A DNA stretch of 64,000 bases from Guillardia theta CCMP2712 (lineage: Eukaryota; Protista; Cryptophyta), in contig NW_005434457.1 in assembly GCF_000315625.1 (NCBI RefSeq), positions 1-64,000 of the forward strand, read 5' to 3'. How positions within the stretch are numbered: position 1 is the first letter of the stretch; every line of letters starts with the position of its first letter. A program made the translations under genes and the position numbers. This document shows, in pieces, positions 11,901-24,100 of the stretch. The notes under the pieces were generated by a model. That model ran no database searches. It was not told where the DNA came from and worked only from the letters and a program-made list of their open reading frames with translations.

Positions 11901-12939
11901 GCTTCTAGCCCAGAATACAGGTGCTTGCTGTCCAGCCCATTCATGAAATATCTCACGAGATGCTTCTCCATGAACTGGCAGTCCGGAGATGATGGTGAGG
12001 AGTGCTTTCTACGCAAAGGAAGCGGCAGATTTGTTCGCTTACATGACGGACGACGCTTCAAAGGTGCTTGTTCATTACTGTTGTTCTTTAGAGGCTCTGA
12101 TTCTTGCTCTAGGAGGACTATGGGACCTCTCTCTATTGGATGGGTTTGAATTTTGGGACTCTTTGCCGAATAGGCGGTATTGGCATTTATCAGTGATCGA
12201 TTGGTCTGTGATCTATTTTCAACAGGAGGTGGAAGTTGGTCTGCACAAAGAGCACACGAGATAGCCGAGCAGGCTCTAGGAAAATGTTTTGCCGTTCGTC
12301 AGGAGATGGGTGCTTCTCAGGTTGAAACGATTTGCCGTCAGTGTATAGAGAATAGGCTTATAGTCTGCCTTACAGGGTAAGATCACGGAAGTTCTGTTCG
12401 GGCAGGGAGTCCTTGCTTTCTGCAAAGCGGAGGCTATGGCAAGCGGGCACATCAGCCCTTCCTCGCCGGAGAAAGCCGAGGTAAGACCTCGGCAGTTGGT
12501 GGACACCTTGGTAGAGCTCACATTTTCGCTTCAGGAGGAGACAAAGGAACTACAGGAGGAGGCACTGCAGATTTTCAATCAGTGCTACTCTCAATTTTCG
12601 GAGATATTTGCAGAGAACCATCTGGAGGCTATCAAGTGTATCACCATGATCGGTCTGGTGTGTCGAAGGCTAGAGAGAATTACGGACGCTCTTGAGTGGT
12701 GCCGCAAGGAGGTCAAAGTCAGAGAAGAGGTTGGGGCTTTTTGATCTTTTGTTGCAACCGATGAGCTCTGCTTCAGGTGCAAGGGGAGCTTCATCCTCGA
12801 ACTCAACAAGCGCTTCGAGTGTACACAGAGCTGGTCTGCAGGCGTGGATGTTGCCTTGCATGTTTGACAAGCATGATAGGTCGAGAAGTGCCGCAACGGG
12901 GCAGGGAGCAACGGAACTTCAGGAAAAAGTGAGGTTTGA
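8913..12939 (+). CDS. Multi-exon bHLH transcription factor fused to an NPHP3/TEP1-like helical region and C-terminal TPRs (homopolymer frameshifts in consensus)
   Basis: Q/G/M-rich N-terminus. bHLH reads KHKILERKR|REKTKELMSELQTLIP...|ESLTMNTVLEEAIEHLKEQQ (9881-10130). Then GLSQQELEDLL, GLLGFVYSAFRLAVERRYL, RAANELPY, WSRLRECL, followed by TPR-like ENHLEAIKCITMIGLVCRRL and GELHPRTQQAL. Single-base indels are needed at ~9215, ~9882 and ~10262. Confidence 0.7.
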
Positions 12940-13618
12940 GATGCGCCTGCTCGCCCAGGCGATGTACATGGGAACTTTGCAACATCCGTACCTTGTGTTG
13001 ACTACGAAAGCATTTTTTGTTGAAGTAATAATGGTAATAACGCGTGCGTGCATGCAAGGTTGGAGGTTCGTTGTGGAACATCTTGTCTTGTAAACTTGTA
13101 CTTGGTGAATGAACCAAAGGCAAAACAAATTGCGAAAAGAATCCTGTGATGTCAATCAGAATAGCACTTACCAAGCCCTGACGACGTGAGCACGTCAAAT
13201 GAACGTACCATGTGCTAGTGTAGAAAGGCAGGGTCCGCGTGCAGGGATAGAACATTCACACTGTGGTCATGCTCAAATATTCTTCCCTAGCCCCAAACAT
13301 ACATGCCATTTCAACTTCCTCTGCCAGCTGATTTGCCGTTGAATCTTCTGAAGCTCCAGCCTTGAATTTTGCAATATTCGTCACCTTTCACGATTCCCTC
13401 CTCCGTTTCTCGATCCGCGTCATCACGTCACGTCGTTTGATCGTCTAGTATTTCCGGATTATGTCTTTACATCGTTTTCTCTCCTCTTCCCCCTTTCCCC
13501 ATCTTCCCCACTCTCGCTCTTGCCCTCTTGCTCTCTGCTTCGCCTCGCGCTCTTTCCACCATTCTGATGAAACTGAAACTAGTGCTATATAACCAGTCAA
13601 AGATGACTGAAAGGTTAT

Positions 13619-13690
13619 GGATCTATGGTCTAGTGGTTATGACTCTGGACTTTGAATCCAGCAACCGGGGTTCGAATCCCCGTAGATCCT
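13619..13690 (+). tRNA. trnQ-UUG: tRNA-Gln (anticodon TTG)
   Basis: Acceptor stem GGATCTA/TAGATCC. D-loop TAGTGG. Anticodon arm CTGGA-CTTTGAA-TCCAG. T-arm CGGGG-TTCGAAT-CCCCG. Followed by a T-run (Pol III terminator), with a TATA-like TATATAA ~30 nt upstream. Confidence 0.97.
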
Positions 13691-14450
13691 TTTTGCCTTC
13701 AACGGCCGCGGAGATTGCCGCGTGCCGCAGTCCTCGACTCAGTCTCCCGGAGTCCTGATTGTCCTCGTACTGATTTCCAACTTTAACTTCAGTGAGTAAA
13801 GCAGTGCACTGAGTGCCAGCCTGAGGCTCTCGGAGGCTCCGGCCTGAGGCCCTGCAGGCCTGGTCAGAGCCGGGCGGCGAACTTTTCACTACTTGAGCGC
13901 TGATGGTCTTGTGACGTGGCGAGTCAAGCGGCAGAGGCCTTGCGGCACATAAAATACCCGGCACTGTCACTGACTGGCCGCCCGGCGGCTCACAGCGATC
14001 ATCGGACAGTGACGGGCCCATCGCTGAGTGAGTCGGATCGGATCACTGCGGCTGATCGGACACTGGCAGGCCACTGAAAGGCACTGAACAGCGGCAAAAG
14101 TGGCCGTGTAGGGAACTTCCGTGCCCCCTATCGGACCCGGCGTGAGTCACAGTTATCAATGATGCACAATTTGTGACAAGTTATGCCGGGTTGGTGGTGG
14201 GCGGCACTGCGGCAGCCTCGGACCGTACCGTCTCAGACTCCCGTCGCCGCGGCAGCGGCACCGGACCGCACTGACGGTCAGCGCATCGGTTGAAAGGCTT
14301 GAAAACTCAGTGAGGGCCACCCGGTGACCGGCCGCATCATGATAGTACGGTATGGAGGCCCGGCGGCCCGGACCGTCGGGCGGCGCGCGGCCGGTACGGC
14401 TGTAGTTGGAACGGGGGGGGGTGGGGGGGGGGGGGGGGGGCGGGGGGGGG

Positions 14451-14550
14451 NNNNNNNNNNNNNNNNNNNNNNNNNNNNNNNNNNNNNNNNNNNNNNNNNN
14501 NNNNNNNNNNNNNNNNNNNNNNNNNNNNNNNNNNNNNNNNNNNNNNNNNN
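14451..14550. other. Assembly gap (100 N) after a poly-G tract
   Basis: N run. Confidence 1.
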
Positions 14551-16057
14551 GCAAACTGGCCAAAAGTTTTGCAACAGCCGAGAGACATGTAATCCTGATC
14601 TCCAATAGACTCAGCTGCTACAGAAATATCTACAAGAATTGGATATAAGAGCTCGGAATACTCCACAAGGACTCCTGGATTCAGTTCAACAAAGTTGTTC
14701 AGTCTTGAAAGAGCCTTGGAGGCTGGCAGGGGAACGCCAGGGGGAACGCAGGTAGGCGTATCCTTGGGGGCGAGAAAGAAATTAAAAATGTTTTTAAAAG
14801 GGGGCGAAAATTGGGGGTCGCGCGATCACTTGCACTACACCTGGGTAGGGTAGTTTGAATGTCACACTTTCCATCAGCCGGTAGACAAAACAAGGGGGTC
14901 ATGACGGGGGTATAAGACATAGCTAATGAGGGGTAGAGGTTGGATCCAATGGGGAAATGGTAGGGTGCAGGAAGAAGCTGAGAAGGAAGGTGGGTGGAGC
15001 ATCAATGTCTGGGGTAGTGTGCCCATGCCAAGGGGGTAGGTACAACATATAAGCAAGCATATAAATTTATAAATTACGACTGCTGATTGGAAAGATGTAA
15101 CATTGCAACCGTTCGTTGATGGAGAGATCTGAAAAGGTGTGGTATGGGAGGTTTTGAGGCGAAACAGTCGTATCAGTTTGGCCGTCTACCCCACCACCCC
15201 ACTGTGAAAACCCCATTTCCCTGTTGCCTCCACCAACACCCCTGTTTTCCCTTCAAGTACCCCTCCATTTCATATTCCAACCATACGACCCCTGGTCATT
15301 TTGATCTGACAGGACTTAAAATGTGCCCTAGACCGGGATGTCGTGAAGTCGCTGCCATGGTGGGGGGTGGGGTGATGTAAGATATTCACTGGGAATGGTA
15401 ATGGTACTCCTTTTTCGGGGTGGGTGGGGTAGCCAGGCAAAATACCCCCCTGCCACTACCCTATTGCCCTCTGTGAAAAGGTGGGAAACTAGAGGAGCCT
15501 TATGGTGGTCCTACGTGGAAAAAGCAATCTGAGAGGGGTAGTGTCAAGATTGTGGGTAGGGGTGGGGTAACCTTTTGAGGGTAGGGGTGGGGTGACTGTA
15601 TCTGGAAGGTGGGGTAGGGTCGGGGTAGGTCGAGGGGCTGGCGAGTAGTTGTAAGGGAAAGGGGGCGAGCAAGGGGCAACGATGGCAGGAAGTTAGTAGA
15701 GGAGCGCTGCCAGGCAGAAACAGTGCGTGCGTGCAGTGACGAAGAAGAGACGATAGCGAAGGATTGATGAGTTCAGTTAAGGCTATGCGTGTTTCTGCGA
15801 TGCTAGTTAGAATTGAGCATTGGGCCGTGAAGAATGTACAGCTCTGTAGTGGTGCAGGGTCTTTGCAAGCCAAGCCTTTCATCGGTTTTCCACAGCCACA
15901 CAAGTGTTGCACGAGGGCTTAGACTCTTAGTTTCTCTGATTGCTTGGCAAGATAGCGTTAGAATTGGTTGGAACGTGTGTGTGGATGTTGCTGATGAAAT
16001 TCGAAATCGAAGAGTTCATATCAACTGATTTTCCGTTTGTTTTTCAGACAAGGCAAA

Positions 16058-16962
16058 ATGAGTGGATTTCCTTACAACACTTGGTATGATGCGGGGACCT
16101 TTTCCAACTATACGAACGTATACTCGTCTCACATCAAGGATTTCTACAACATCAAGATTGCAGATCCATTTCAAAACACATTACCAACTCAACATTCTGT
16201 TTCTTGTGGATCTCCGAGCAATGACGGAAAGCGAAAAAAATCCAGACTCCTGCCCAATTGCGACGATGTAACAATCTTTCCACGAAGAAAATCGGGACAA
16301 GACAAACTGGGCAGCAATCGACCACCAATTGTAATCACCAGGCAGAAGCTAGAGGGGTTCTTCAACATGCCTCAGCATCAAGTCTGCAAGAAGCTGGTAA
16401 GACCTAAACCCTCTCCTCCTCTCTTTGCTTCTCGGTGCTGAGAGTTCCCCAGGGTGTCTGTGCAACTGTCATTAAGAAGGTGTGTCGTCAGCTCGGAATC
16501 GCAAAGTGGCCCTTCAAGGGGAACAAGATAGTCCTTAGAAAGCAAGGCCTTTTTTCCCCTGTCAAGTCAGAAACCTCGCCCCACAACCTGACCGGCGAGG
16601 CCTCCAGCTCGCAAGCTTCTTCTAAGGAAAATTTTGCTCGCAGCAAGGTCCCTGGGAAGGGCAAGAAGATCGAGGACGCAGTGCTGGCTCGGTCGAGGAT
16701 GGTTACCAAGGTGCTGCCTCCGCTTCCGCCGCTCCCCTCGAACCAAGTCACGGAAGTGTCAAGACCGTGCCCGACGCTGCCCTCCCTCATCGAAGAACCG
16801 CTCTTCTCCTCCACGTCCGCCTCCTCGCTCAACACGGAGTACAGCGACGGCACGGAGATGACGTCTTCTGAGACCAGCGAAGGGTTCGATCTCTCGTGGC
16901 TCGTCCCCAATGACAGCGACCTCGAGATTCTCGACGGCCTGCAGCTCCCTGCTGCACATTAG
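16058..16962 (+). CDS. RWP-RK domain transcription factor (2 exons; intron 16397-16452)
   Basis: ITRQKLEGFFNMPQHQVCKKL|GVCATVIKKVCRQLGIAKWPFK matches the RWP-RK consensus (A..LGV..T.LKR.CR..GI.RWP.RK). Confidence 0.9.
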
Positions 16963-17188
16963 TTGCATTTGTGTTCAGATGTGTGGATAGAGATAAGAAG
17001 CGAAGGGGGCAAAGTGCGGACAGTGTCGTGTTGTGTACATGCTGCTACCGTGTTGAGAGATTCAGAGTAATTGTAAATGATGTAGCAATATACTGATTTC
17101 CAATCAATTTTGAAAATAAATTCTCTTTACAAGCACCATGCGTCATTGACACCATCAAGTTCATGGAATGCGCTGAATGACCTCCGCA

Positions 17189-18730
17189 TCAAATTCCATT
17201 CGGAGCTGACAACAGCAAAGTTCCTTCCCAGCGACTTGTGAAACGATTCTCTACGGCGGCGGAAGAAGAAATCTAGTGCAAATTGTCACACGTTGCCACT
17301 AATATCACTATAGTCATGTACCTGCTCCTCAAGGCTGCTCAATAGCGGACGCCCCTCCGACTCCTTCCATTCCTTCCACACTGCCTGCTCCCTTCAGGGT
17401 CACTCTCCTCGCATGCCGAACGGTGCTACGTCACCTCAGATGGCCAGAAGGAGCAGGAGGCATACGTGAAGGCGTCGTCGGGACGAGTCGCCTTGCTTCC
17501 TGCTCGTCGCAGGAGGATGGAGGCCAGGCATCTGGAGGTTTGGAAGAGTTTGTCATGATATGGCATCCTGGGATGTACCGACCTGTCGTCTTCTTGGAGC
17601 TGAGGGGAGATCTGAGACCTTGAGAGCAGCATGAGTTTGTTTGTTGGTTGTCATCACCATGATAAAGAACTTACCAGAGTTGTTCGAATTTGTCGTCAGA
17701 CTGATCCTTAAGCTGATAGAAATCCTGAAAACCCCTTGATCAAATATGAAGGCCAACCATCAATGTGTTTTCACCATAGTCATGAAGCAATCTGTCGGGA
17801 TCTTTGCCTTGCCATCTGCAACAACCTTTCCGTGCTCATCTCGACCTTGTGTAGCGTCAACGCGATCGGAAACTTTTGCACATCGTGCCATCACCTTGCA
17901 ACGCAAGTGCTGCAAGCTGCTTCGTTGAGGCCTTGGGAAAGAGTCCATCCCACATTGCAGGCGTTGGAGATGTCCGCAGGACCATCATGCTACAAAGCTC
18001 TCAGTCAAAAACACGGCGAGAGGAAAAAGAGATACAACACCTCCCGATCATTGCAGACAGAAACCCACCCAGCGATCCTCCCCCGTGCGCCTCCTTGAAT
18101 GCATATCCCTTCCTCCTTCAAGGACGTCAATGTATGGAGCATGGCAACTTCACTTCGATTGCTCTCACCAGCTGTCAAAGTTCTCCTTGTTCTCCCAAAC
18201 TGTCATTGACATATAGTCCTGAAAGTCCTCGGGATAGCCTTTGCTGTCACTGGCGTCGTCATCGATTCTTCTGAGAAGACTGAACAGGCGAAACCCTGGA
18301 TACACATCGATTATCTTACAAGAATTTGACTTCTTATCCCGCAGCATTACAACGACTCTCACCTTCCATCTGCTTCAAGCTGCTCTTCCGGTCGGCCCAT
18401 CTCTGCAGGAAACAACATGAACCAACGAAGCGAAAGAAGAGCAAGTTCCTTCTCGAATTTTGCGCCGGCTCCATCCCGTGTTTGAAACCTGTTGAAGACA
18501 ACGTATCGCTCTCTCTCCCTCGTGGCTGTGCCTACGCCTTGTCTCTCGGTCGAGATACTTTGCGACATCGCTGGAGTCAGCCTAGCATGAGAGACCATCA
18601 TTCGTGGGTAGTGTGCAAGCAACGCCTTGCCTTGGACGAAAGTGGCGATGCAAAGGCATATGTGCCAGATTGCATCTGAAGTAATGTTAGAGAGAAGATG
18701 AGGTAGGTCAATATATGTATGTTGTCACTT
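17189..18730 (-). CDS. Tandem ABM-domain (IsdG/LFO1-like heme-degrading monooxygenase family) protein with probable bipartite plastid leader
   Basis: Spliced: YVVFNRFQTRDGAGAKFEK|RWADRKSSLKQME|GFRLFSLLRR...YMSMTVWENKENFDSW|RKGYAFKEAHGGG. A second degenerate ABM-like half (TYASCSFWPS...WKEWKES) ends WEGTLLLSAPNGI*. N-terminal ILTYLIFSLTLLQMQSGTYA/FASPLSS. The start codon is not resolved. Confidence 0.8.
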
Positions 18731-18999
18731 TGTCAACACTTGTCGTCGAAAGAAAAGAGAAGATGGGAGATTGTAGGTGAAGGCAACCTAGAAAACAATC
18801 AGTCATTCAACATTACATTCTTTCAGTCAGAGTCTCCCTTCATTCATCTCTCTCGCTATCCTCCGCTCTCTCTTTACATTTGGTATTCTCAACCCTCTCT
18901 CCTCCATCTTCCCCTCCTCCATCTTCCCCTCCCTTCTGTCTGTCTGCCTGCCTGACTCTTATCCCTCTTCCTCCCCCCCTCCTCACCTCCAACATCGCC

Positions 19000-20200
19000 A
19001 TCCACACCGCCGCTCTGAGCATCGCAAACTTGCGAACGGTGACTTCCAAAGCCAACTTTGAGGTCTACCTCTACATGTCAAGCCCACCTCGCTATCTTCG
19101 TATATTTAGAAAGAAGGCAGAAGATGCAATTACCTTGTTGAGAAGGAAATACAGCAGCAAATAGAAAAGACAAGAATTTTTTATGTGCCGTATTTTTTTT
19201 TTTTCCATCCTCGCCGCTCAGCCTGTGAGCGATTTGAGACAAGTTACAACATACCTTGTTGTTTGTGCGTAGAATCATTCACGAAACAGCTGTTGTCCCA
19301 CTGTTTCTCTCTTCATCGAACAATTCTTAGATCTCGATTCCATGTTTCATTGTTCCCTCGTTTTCTCCTTTCTTTGTCAGGATTGTTTAATGTCATTCTT
19401 CATGAAGTAGAATCACAAAATTGTAAGATTTTTTAAAATCTGCACGTTCTTTTCTTGTTTTAACGTCTGATTTTATATTTTCCTCTTGACTATCATGGGA
19501 AAGTGCTTTGTAAGGATGCAAAGTTGTTTGGTTTGACAGATGTCACATTTCTTTTTATATGCTATCAACAAAGAAATATGATATTTGGATGATGACGTCG
19601 TCTTGAATTACATGCTCTTTGAAGTCATTACTCTTCTTTTCACATCATAAATTCAATTTTTTTGGAAAATATCTTTTTTCTGTTCGGTTTCTTAGATTCT
19701 TCTGCTGCATTGATTTTTCAATTGTTGCAACGTGTGTTTATGATAATTTTCATCTCTTGATTTCATAAATATTTGTCTCTAATTTTGTTGAATTAACAAT
19801 TTTTATTCAGAATGCATCATTGGCCAATATCTTAATTTGATCTGTGTTTCATGATGTTTCAACCTTGCTCCCTGTGATGGCATTGAATGTTCCTGCATTT
19901 CACGCTGTCATCTTGTTACTTTCAGAATCAATCTTCTTTCAGGATTTCTCAAAGTCATGTTCCTTCTGTCAAACCGACTAAAACAGAGTCATAAAGAAGA
20001 GTGGCTTTGTACTGTTGTTCTCTGTTGTGTTGGTTTGATATGATTTTCTGTGCTGTGATGTAGTTTAGCAATACAATTGCACTTCTATCTTCTGCATCTG
20101 TGTTTTTCGCTTCATCTTTGATGTAACATAGTGTGCTGAATGCTTTGATTGCATCTGATACCAAACCCCGTGTCTTTGCTTTATCTATTCTTTACGTTGA
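19000..20200 (-). pseudogene. AT-rich decayed ORF / probable mobile-element or gene relic
   Basis: Visibly AT-rich and CpG-poor compared with the flanks. One minus frame reads protein-like but carries many in-frame stops. Confidence 0.35.
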
Positions 20201-21181
20201 GCGCTCGCTTCATCTGTGCAATCGCTGATCTCGCTTCCAGCACCTTTTGACTGTTCAATCTTATCGATGTTCTTGCAACTCACATTCACGTATCCGAACG
20301 CTCTGCTCTCGCTTCACTTATTCCCTCACACTTGTATTCCTGATCAATCTCAACCTTCTGATCCCAATCACCAAGTGACCAGTGCCACGGTGGTCGCTAC
20401 AGAACCATGGCAGAGGGCCGACGCTGAGGGGCTTACTAAGTTACCTGCAGCCAAGTGCTGCACCAGTAGCCGCTGAGTAAGTGTGTGTTCAGGTTCAACA
20501 CTTCACTGATCACATTCAAGTTGAAAGCAGTTGTGCTGGCCCGGCGATTACCTATCATAGTATTCAATGATTGCGATCAACTCTCGGCGCGGCCGCGCCG
20601 GCCTGCATACGGAATTGGGTCATAGAGGGGACGAGGTCCACTTAGCCTCGTCCCCACTTTGACCACTCCAAAACTTTGCTGAGAGTTTGCCGCCAATGGC
20701 GCCAAGCAGGGGGACAGAGAGCAGAGGGAGAGGGAGGGAGGAGGGGAAAGGGGAGGCGAGGAAAGGGATGGCGAGGAGGGAAGGATAGCAAGGAATGAGG
20801 AAGGGGGTAAGGTGTGGCCTAGTAAAGGAGGGCAGTCACTTTGCATGAAGATTTCTAGGGAAGTTGAACACACATGAGGACAGAGCTCTGATAGTGTCGC
20901 AGAAAAATGCAGAGCCGAATTCACATTCGAGGAATGGTGTTGATAGTAGTATCCTTTACAGCAGCACAGCGCAGCGCAGTAGAGTAGTTGGCAAAGAGAA
21001 CAAAGGCCCGCCATTAGTAGAGCATGAAAGGAAAGAAATGATGAAAACACGAGCTTCGCATAGAGCATTTTGAAACAAATTTTGTCACGCGGATATCGTG
21101 CAAAGCTGCTCACATTACATTTCAGCAGGCCTGTATACAAAGCCATTGGAATGCCAGTTCATATGAAAACCGACAACGAAA

Positions 21182-24100
21182 ATGAAACCTCTTCGCTGCA
21201 ATTATCGGACAGTGGTGAGATCACTGTCGAAACATGTGGACACTTGGCATCTAATTGTCTGTACGATAGGATCCGACAGGAATGATCCAGCAGATAGTAG
21301 CTCAAAGGACGACGAAAACGACTCAAGAAATGTCCCAGAAGCTCTGCGATCAGTGGATAGTGTCATATCAAACGAAGACATCGTCTCATCGAATATTTCG
21401 TTACAAAACGAGGATATCATAGAATTCAATCAGCTGCCCAGGAGAATGCGAGCAAAAAGACAGGCTGTAGTTGGACAATCTGGACGAAGCTTCACAAGCC
21501 AAGATGCATCGATAAATTCTAGAAGTGCTGAATCAGTAGTATCATATAGATTAGAAAAAGAGGATCTCAAAAACATGGCGGCAAGTGTTTCAGGAGTTGA
21601 TGAAGGGGAACGAAGAGATGTACAATTGTCAGATAAAGAGACACGCGAAGTCGATCACACAAAGCTATCCGACAGCAGCAGAGATCTGAAAAGGATGAAA
21701 GAGATATCCGGCAGTCTTCAAGTAGAAGATCCAGCAACAAGCCAAGAACAAAGCTTAGAGCATGGAGGTATTCCTCAGCGAGAACCGGAGATCGCTTGCA
21801 TGGCACCTGCTGCTGCAGAATGCAATATGGAGGTCCAAGGTCAGGAGGAAGAATGTCAGAGAACAGGAGAAAATGCAACAGAACAGACTCAGGAGCTTAT
21901 CAGTTGTCAGGAAATGGAATCTTCCATAGGATCGAACCAGTCGTCCAGGGCCAATGCGACCTCCCAAGAAAATATCTTACCTGCAGAAGAAATATTGGAC
22001 AGAAATGGAAACGTTCACTGTGATGTGCCTGAAGACAACTTTGATAGAAATAGATGTATGAACGGCGAGTGTCTTGCAGACGAAAGGGATAGTGAGGGGA
22101 CGGAAACATGGACGGGGACGGGAATGGAACAAGAAGGTAATGTATTAGGTTCCAAGATTATAAGGGAGGAGGCAGAAGCAGCCATTGACGCAGAAAGAAA
22201 CGATATTGACAAGCAATCAGAAAGAAATGAAGGGACTGCAGACAGTGCGAGTGCTGGTGAACTTCAACTTCACATCAAAAATCAGGAAGTTGAAAGTCAA
22301 GCAGAAAATCTGGTTGGGTCAGAAACAAAGAAGAATGACGATGATACTTGCTGCGAAGGTGAGAAAACAGACATTTGCGAACGAGAAAGCATAATTGGAT
22401 TGCCCTCGGATCATAGATCTGATCAACCTCGTATGGAAGTAGAGCAAGCAGCAGAGGCAGTTAGCGAGACACAAAACATCCCTGTCGTTTCACTTCATCA
22501 AGTGCAACAACAAGATTCGGACGGTCTGCGCAGACAGAGCGTTACGATAGCAACCAAAGAGGACATCGTTGACTGCACGAGAGATAAATCGACTGCAGTG
22601 ACTGATGAGGCCACAAAGAACTCCCCAGCTCATGATCTCGTACACGGCGATATCGAGCCAGGCGCAGAGCATCGTCAGCTCATGCCAACCCTGGAGGAGG
22701 AAGAGACAAGTCGCCTTGACGGCAGGACGAGCGTAGACGGAGGGACTGGACTGAAGCTTGGGAAGGGCGTTAGAATGTGCGGCGTGTGCGGGGAGGCGCA
22801 CCATTGGAAGAAGAAATGCGGCGGGGGCCACAAAGAGGGAGACCTGAGCAACGAGTCAGGGGAGGTCGGGGAGGGCAGCGGCGGGAAGGCGGTCGAGAAA
22901 GGGGTGAGGAGGTGGCGTCGAGTGTGCGACTTGTGCGGGGAGGGGCACCATTGGAAGAAGAAATGCTGGGAGACGGCCAGAGAGTCCAAGGGCAGAGATG
23001 AGGAGAGAGGCGTCAGGGAGGAGGGACAGACAGCCCAGGCAGCCCAGGACGAAGCAGCAAGCGAAGTTGCATCAGACTCAGTTCAGCTCGTGCCAAGCTG
23101 GGAAGGAGACGGAGGAACGGCAAGGGCGGGAATGAAGCGGAAGGAACGGGAGGACACAGGGGAGCAGGCGGCTGTGGGAGAGGCGAGCCGGCAGGCAACC
23201 AGCCAGGGCAGCGGCGGGAAGGCGGTCGAGAAAGGGGTGAGGAGGTGGCGTCGAGTGTGCGACTTGTGCGGGGAGGCGCATCACTGGAAGAAGAAATGCT
23301 GGGAGACGGCCAGGGAGTCCAAGGGCAGAGACAACGAAGAGCAGGCGGCTGGGGGAGAGGCGAGCCGGCAGGCAACCAGCCAGGGCAGCGGCGGGAAGGC
23401 GGTCGAGAAAGGGGTGAGGAGGTGGCGTCGAGTGTGCGACTTGTGCGGGGAGGGGCATCACTGGAAGAAGAAATGCTGGGAGACGGCCAGGGAGTCCAAG
23501 GGCAGAGACAACGAAGAGCAGGCGGCTGGGGGAGAGGCGAGCCGGCAGGCAACCAGCCAGGGCAGCGGCGGGAAGGCGGTCGAGAAAGGGGTGAGGAGGT
23601 GGCGTCGAGTGTGCGACTTGTGCGGGGAGGCGCATCACTGGAAGAAGAAATGCTGGGAGACGGCCAGGGAGTCCAAGGGCAGAGATGAGGAGAGAAGCGT
23701 TAGGGAGGAGGGACAGACAGCCCAGGCAGCCCAGGACGAAGCAGCAAGCGAAGTTGCATCGGACTTCGGACAGCTCGTGCCAAGCTGGGAAGGAGACGGA
23801 GGAACGGCAAGGGCAGGAATGAAGCGGAAGGAACGGGAGGACACAGGGGAGCAGGCGGCTGTGGGAGAGGCGAGCCGGCAGGCAACCAGCCAGGGCAGCG
23901 GCGGGAAGGCGGTNNNNNNNNNNNNNNNNNNNNNNNNNNNNNNNNNNNNNNNNNNNNNNNNNNNNNNNNNNNNNNNNNNNNNNNNNNNNNNNNNNNNNNN
24001 NNNNNNNNNNNNNATCACTGGAAGAAGAAATGCTGGGAGACGGCCAGGGAGTCCAAGGGCAGAGATGAGGAGAGAAGCGTTAGGGAGGAGGGACAGACAG

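Noticed and set aside
13000-13450. Possible small spliced minus-strand membrane-protein gene
   Set aside because: Could not build a consistent exon chain with a start codon.
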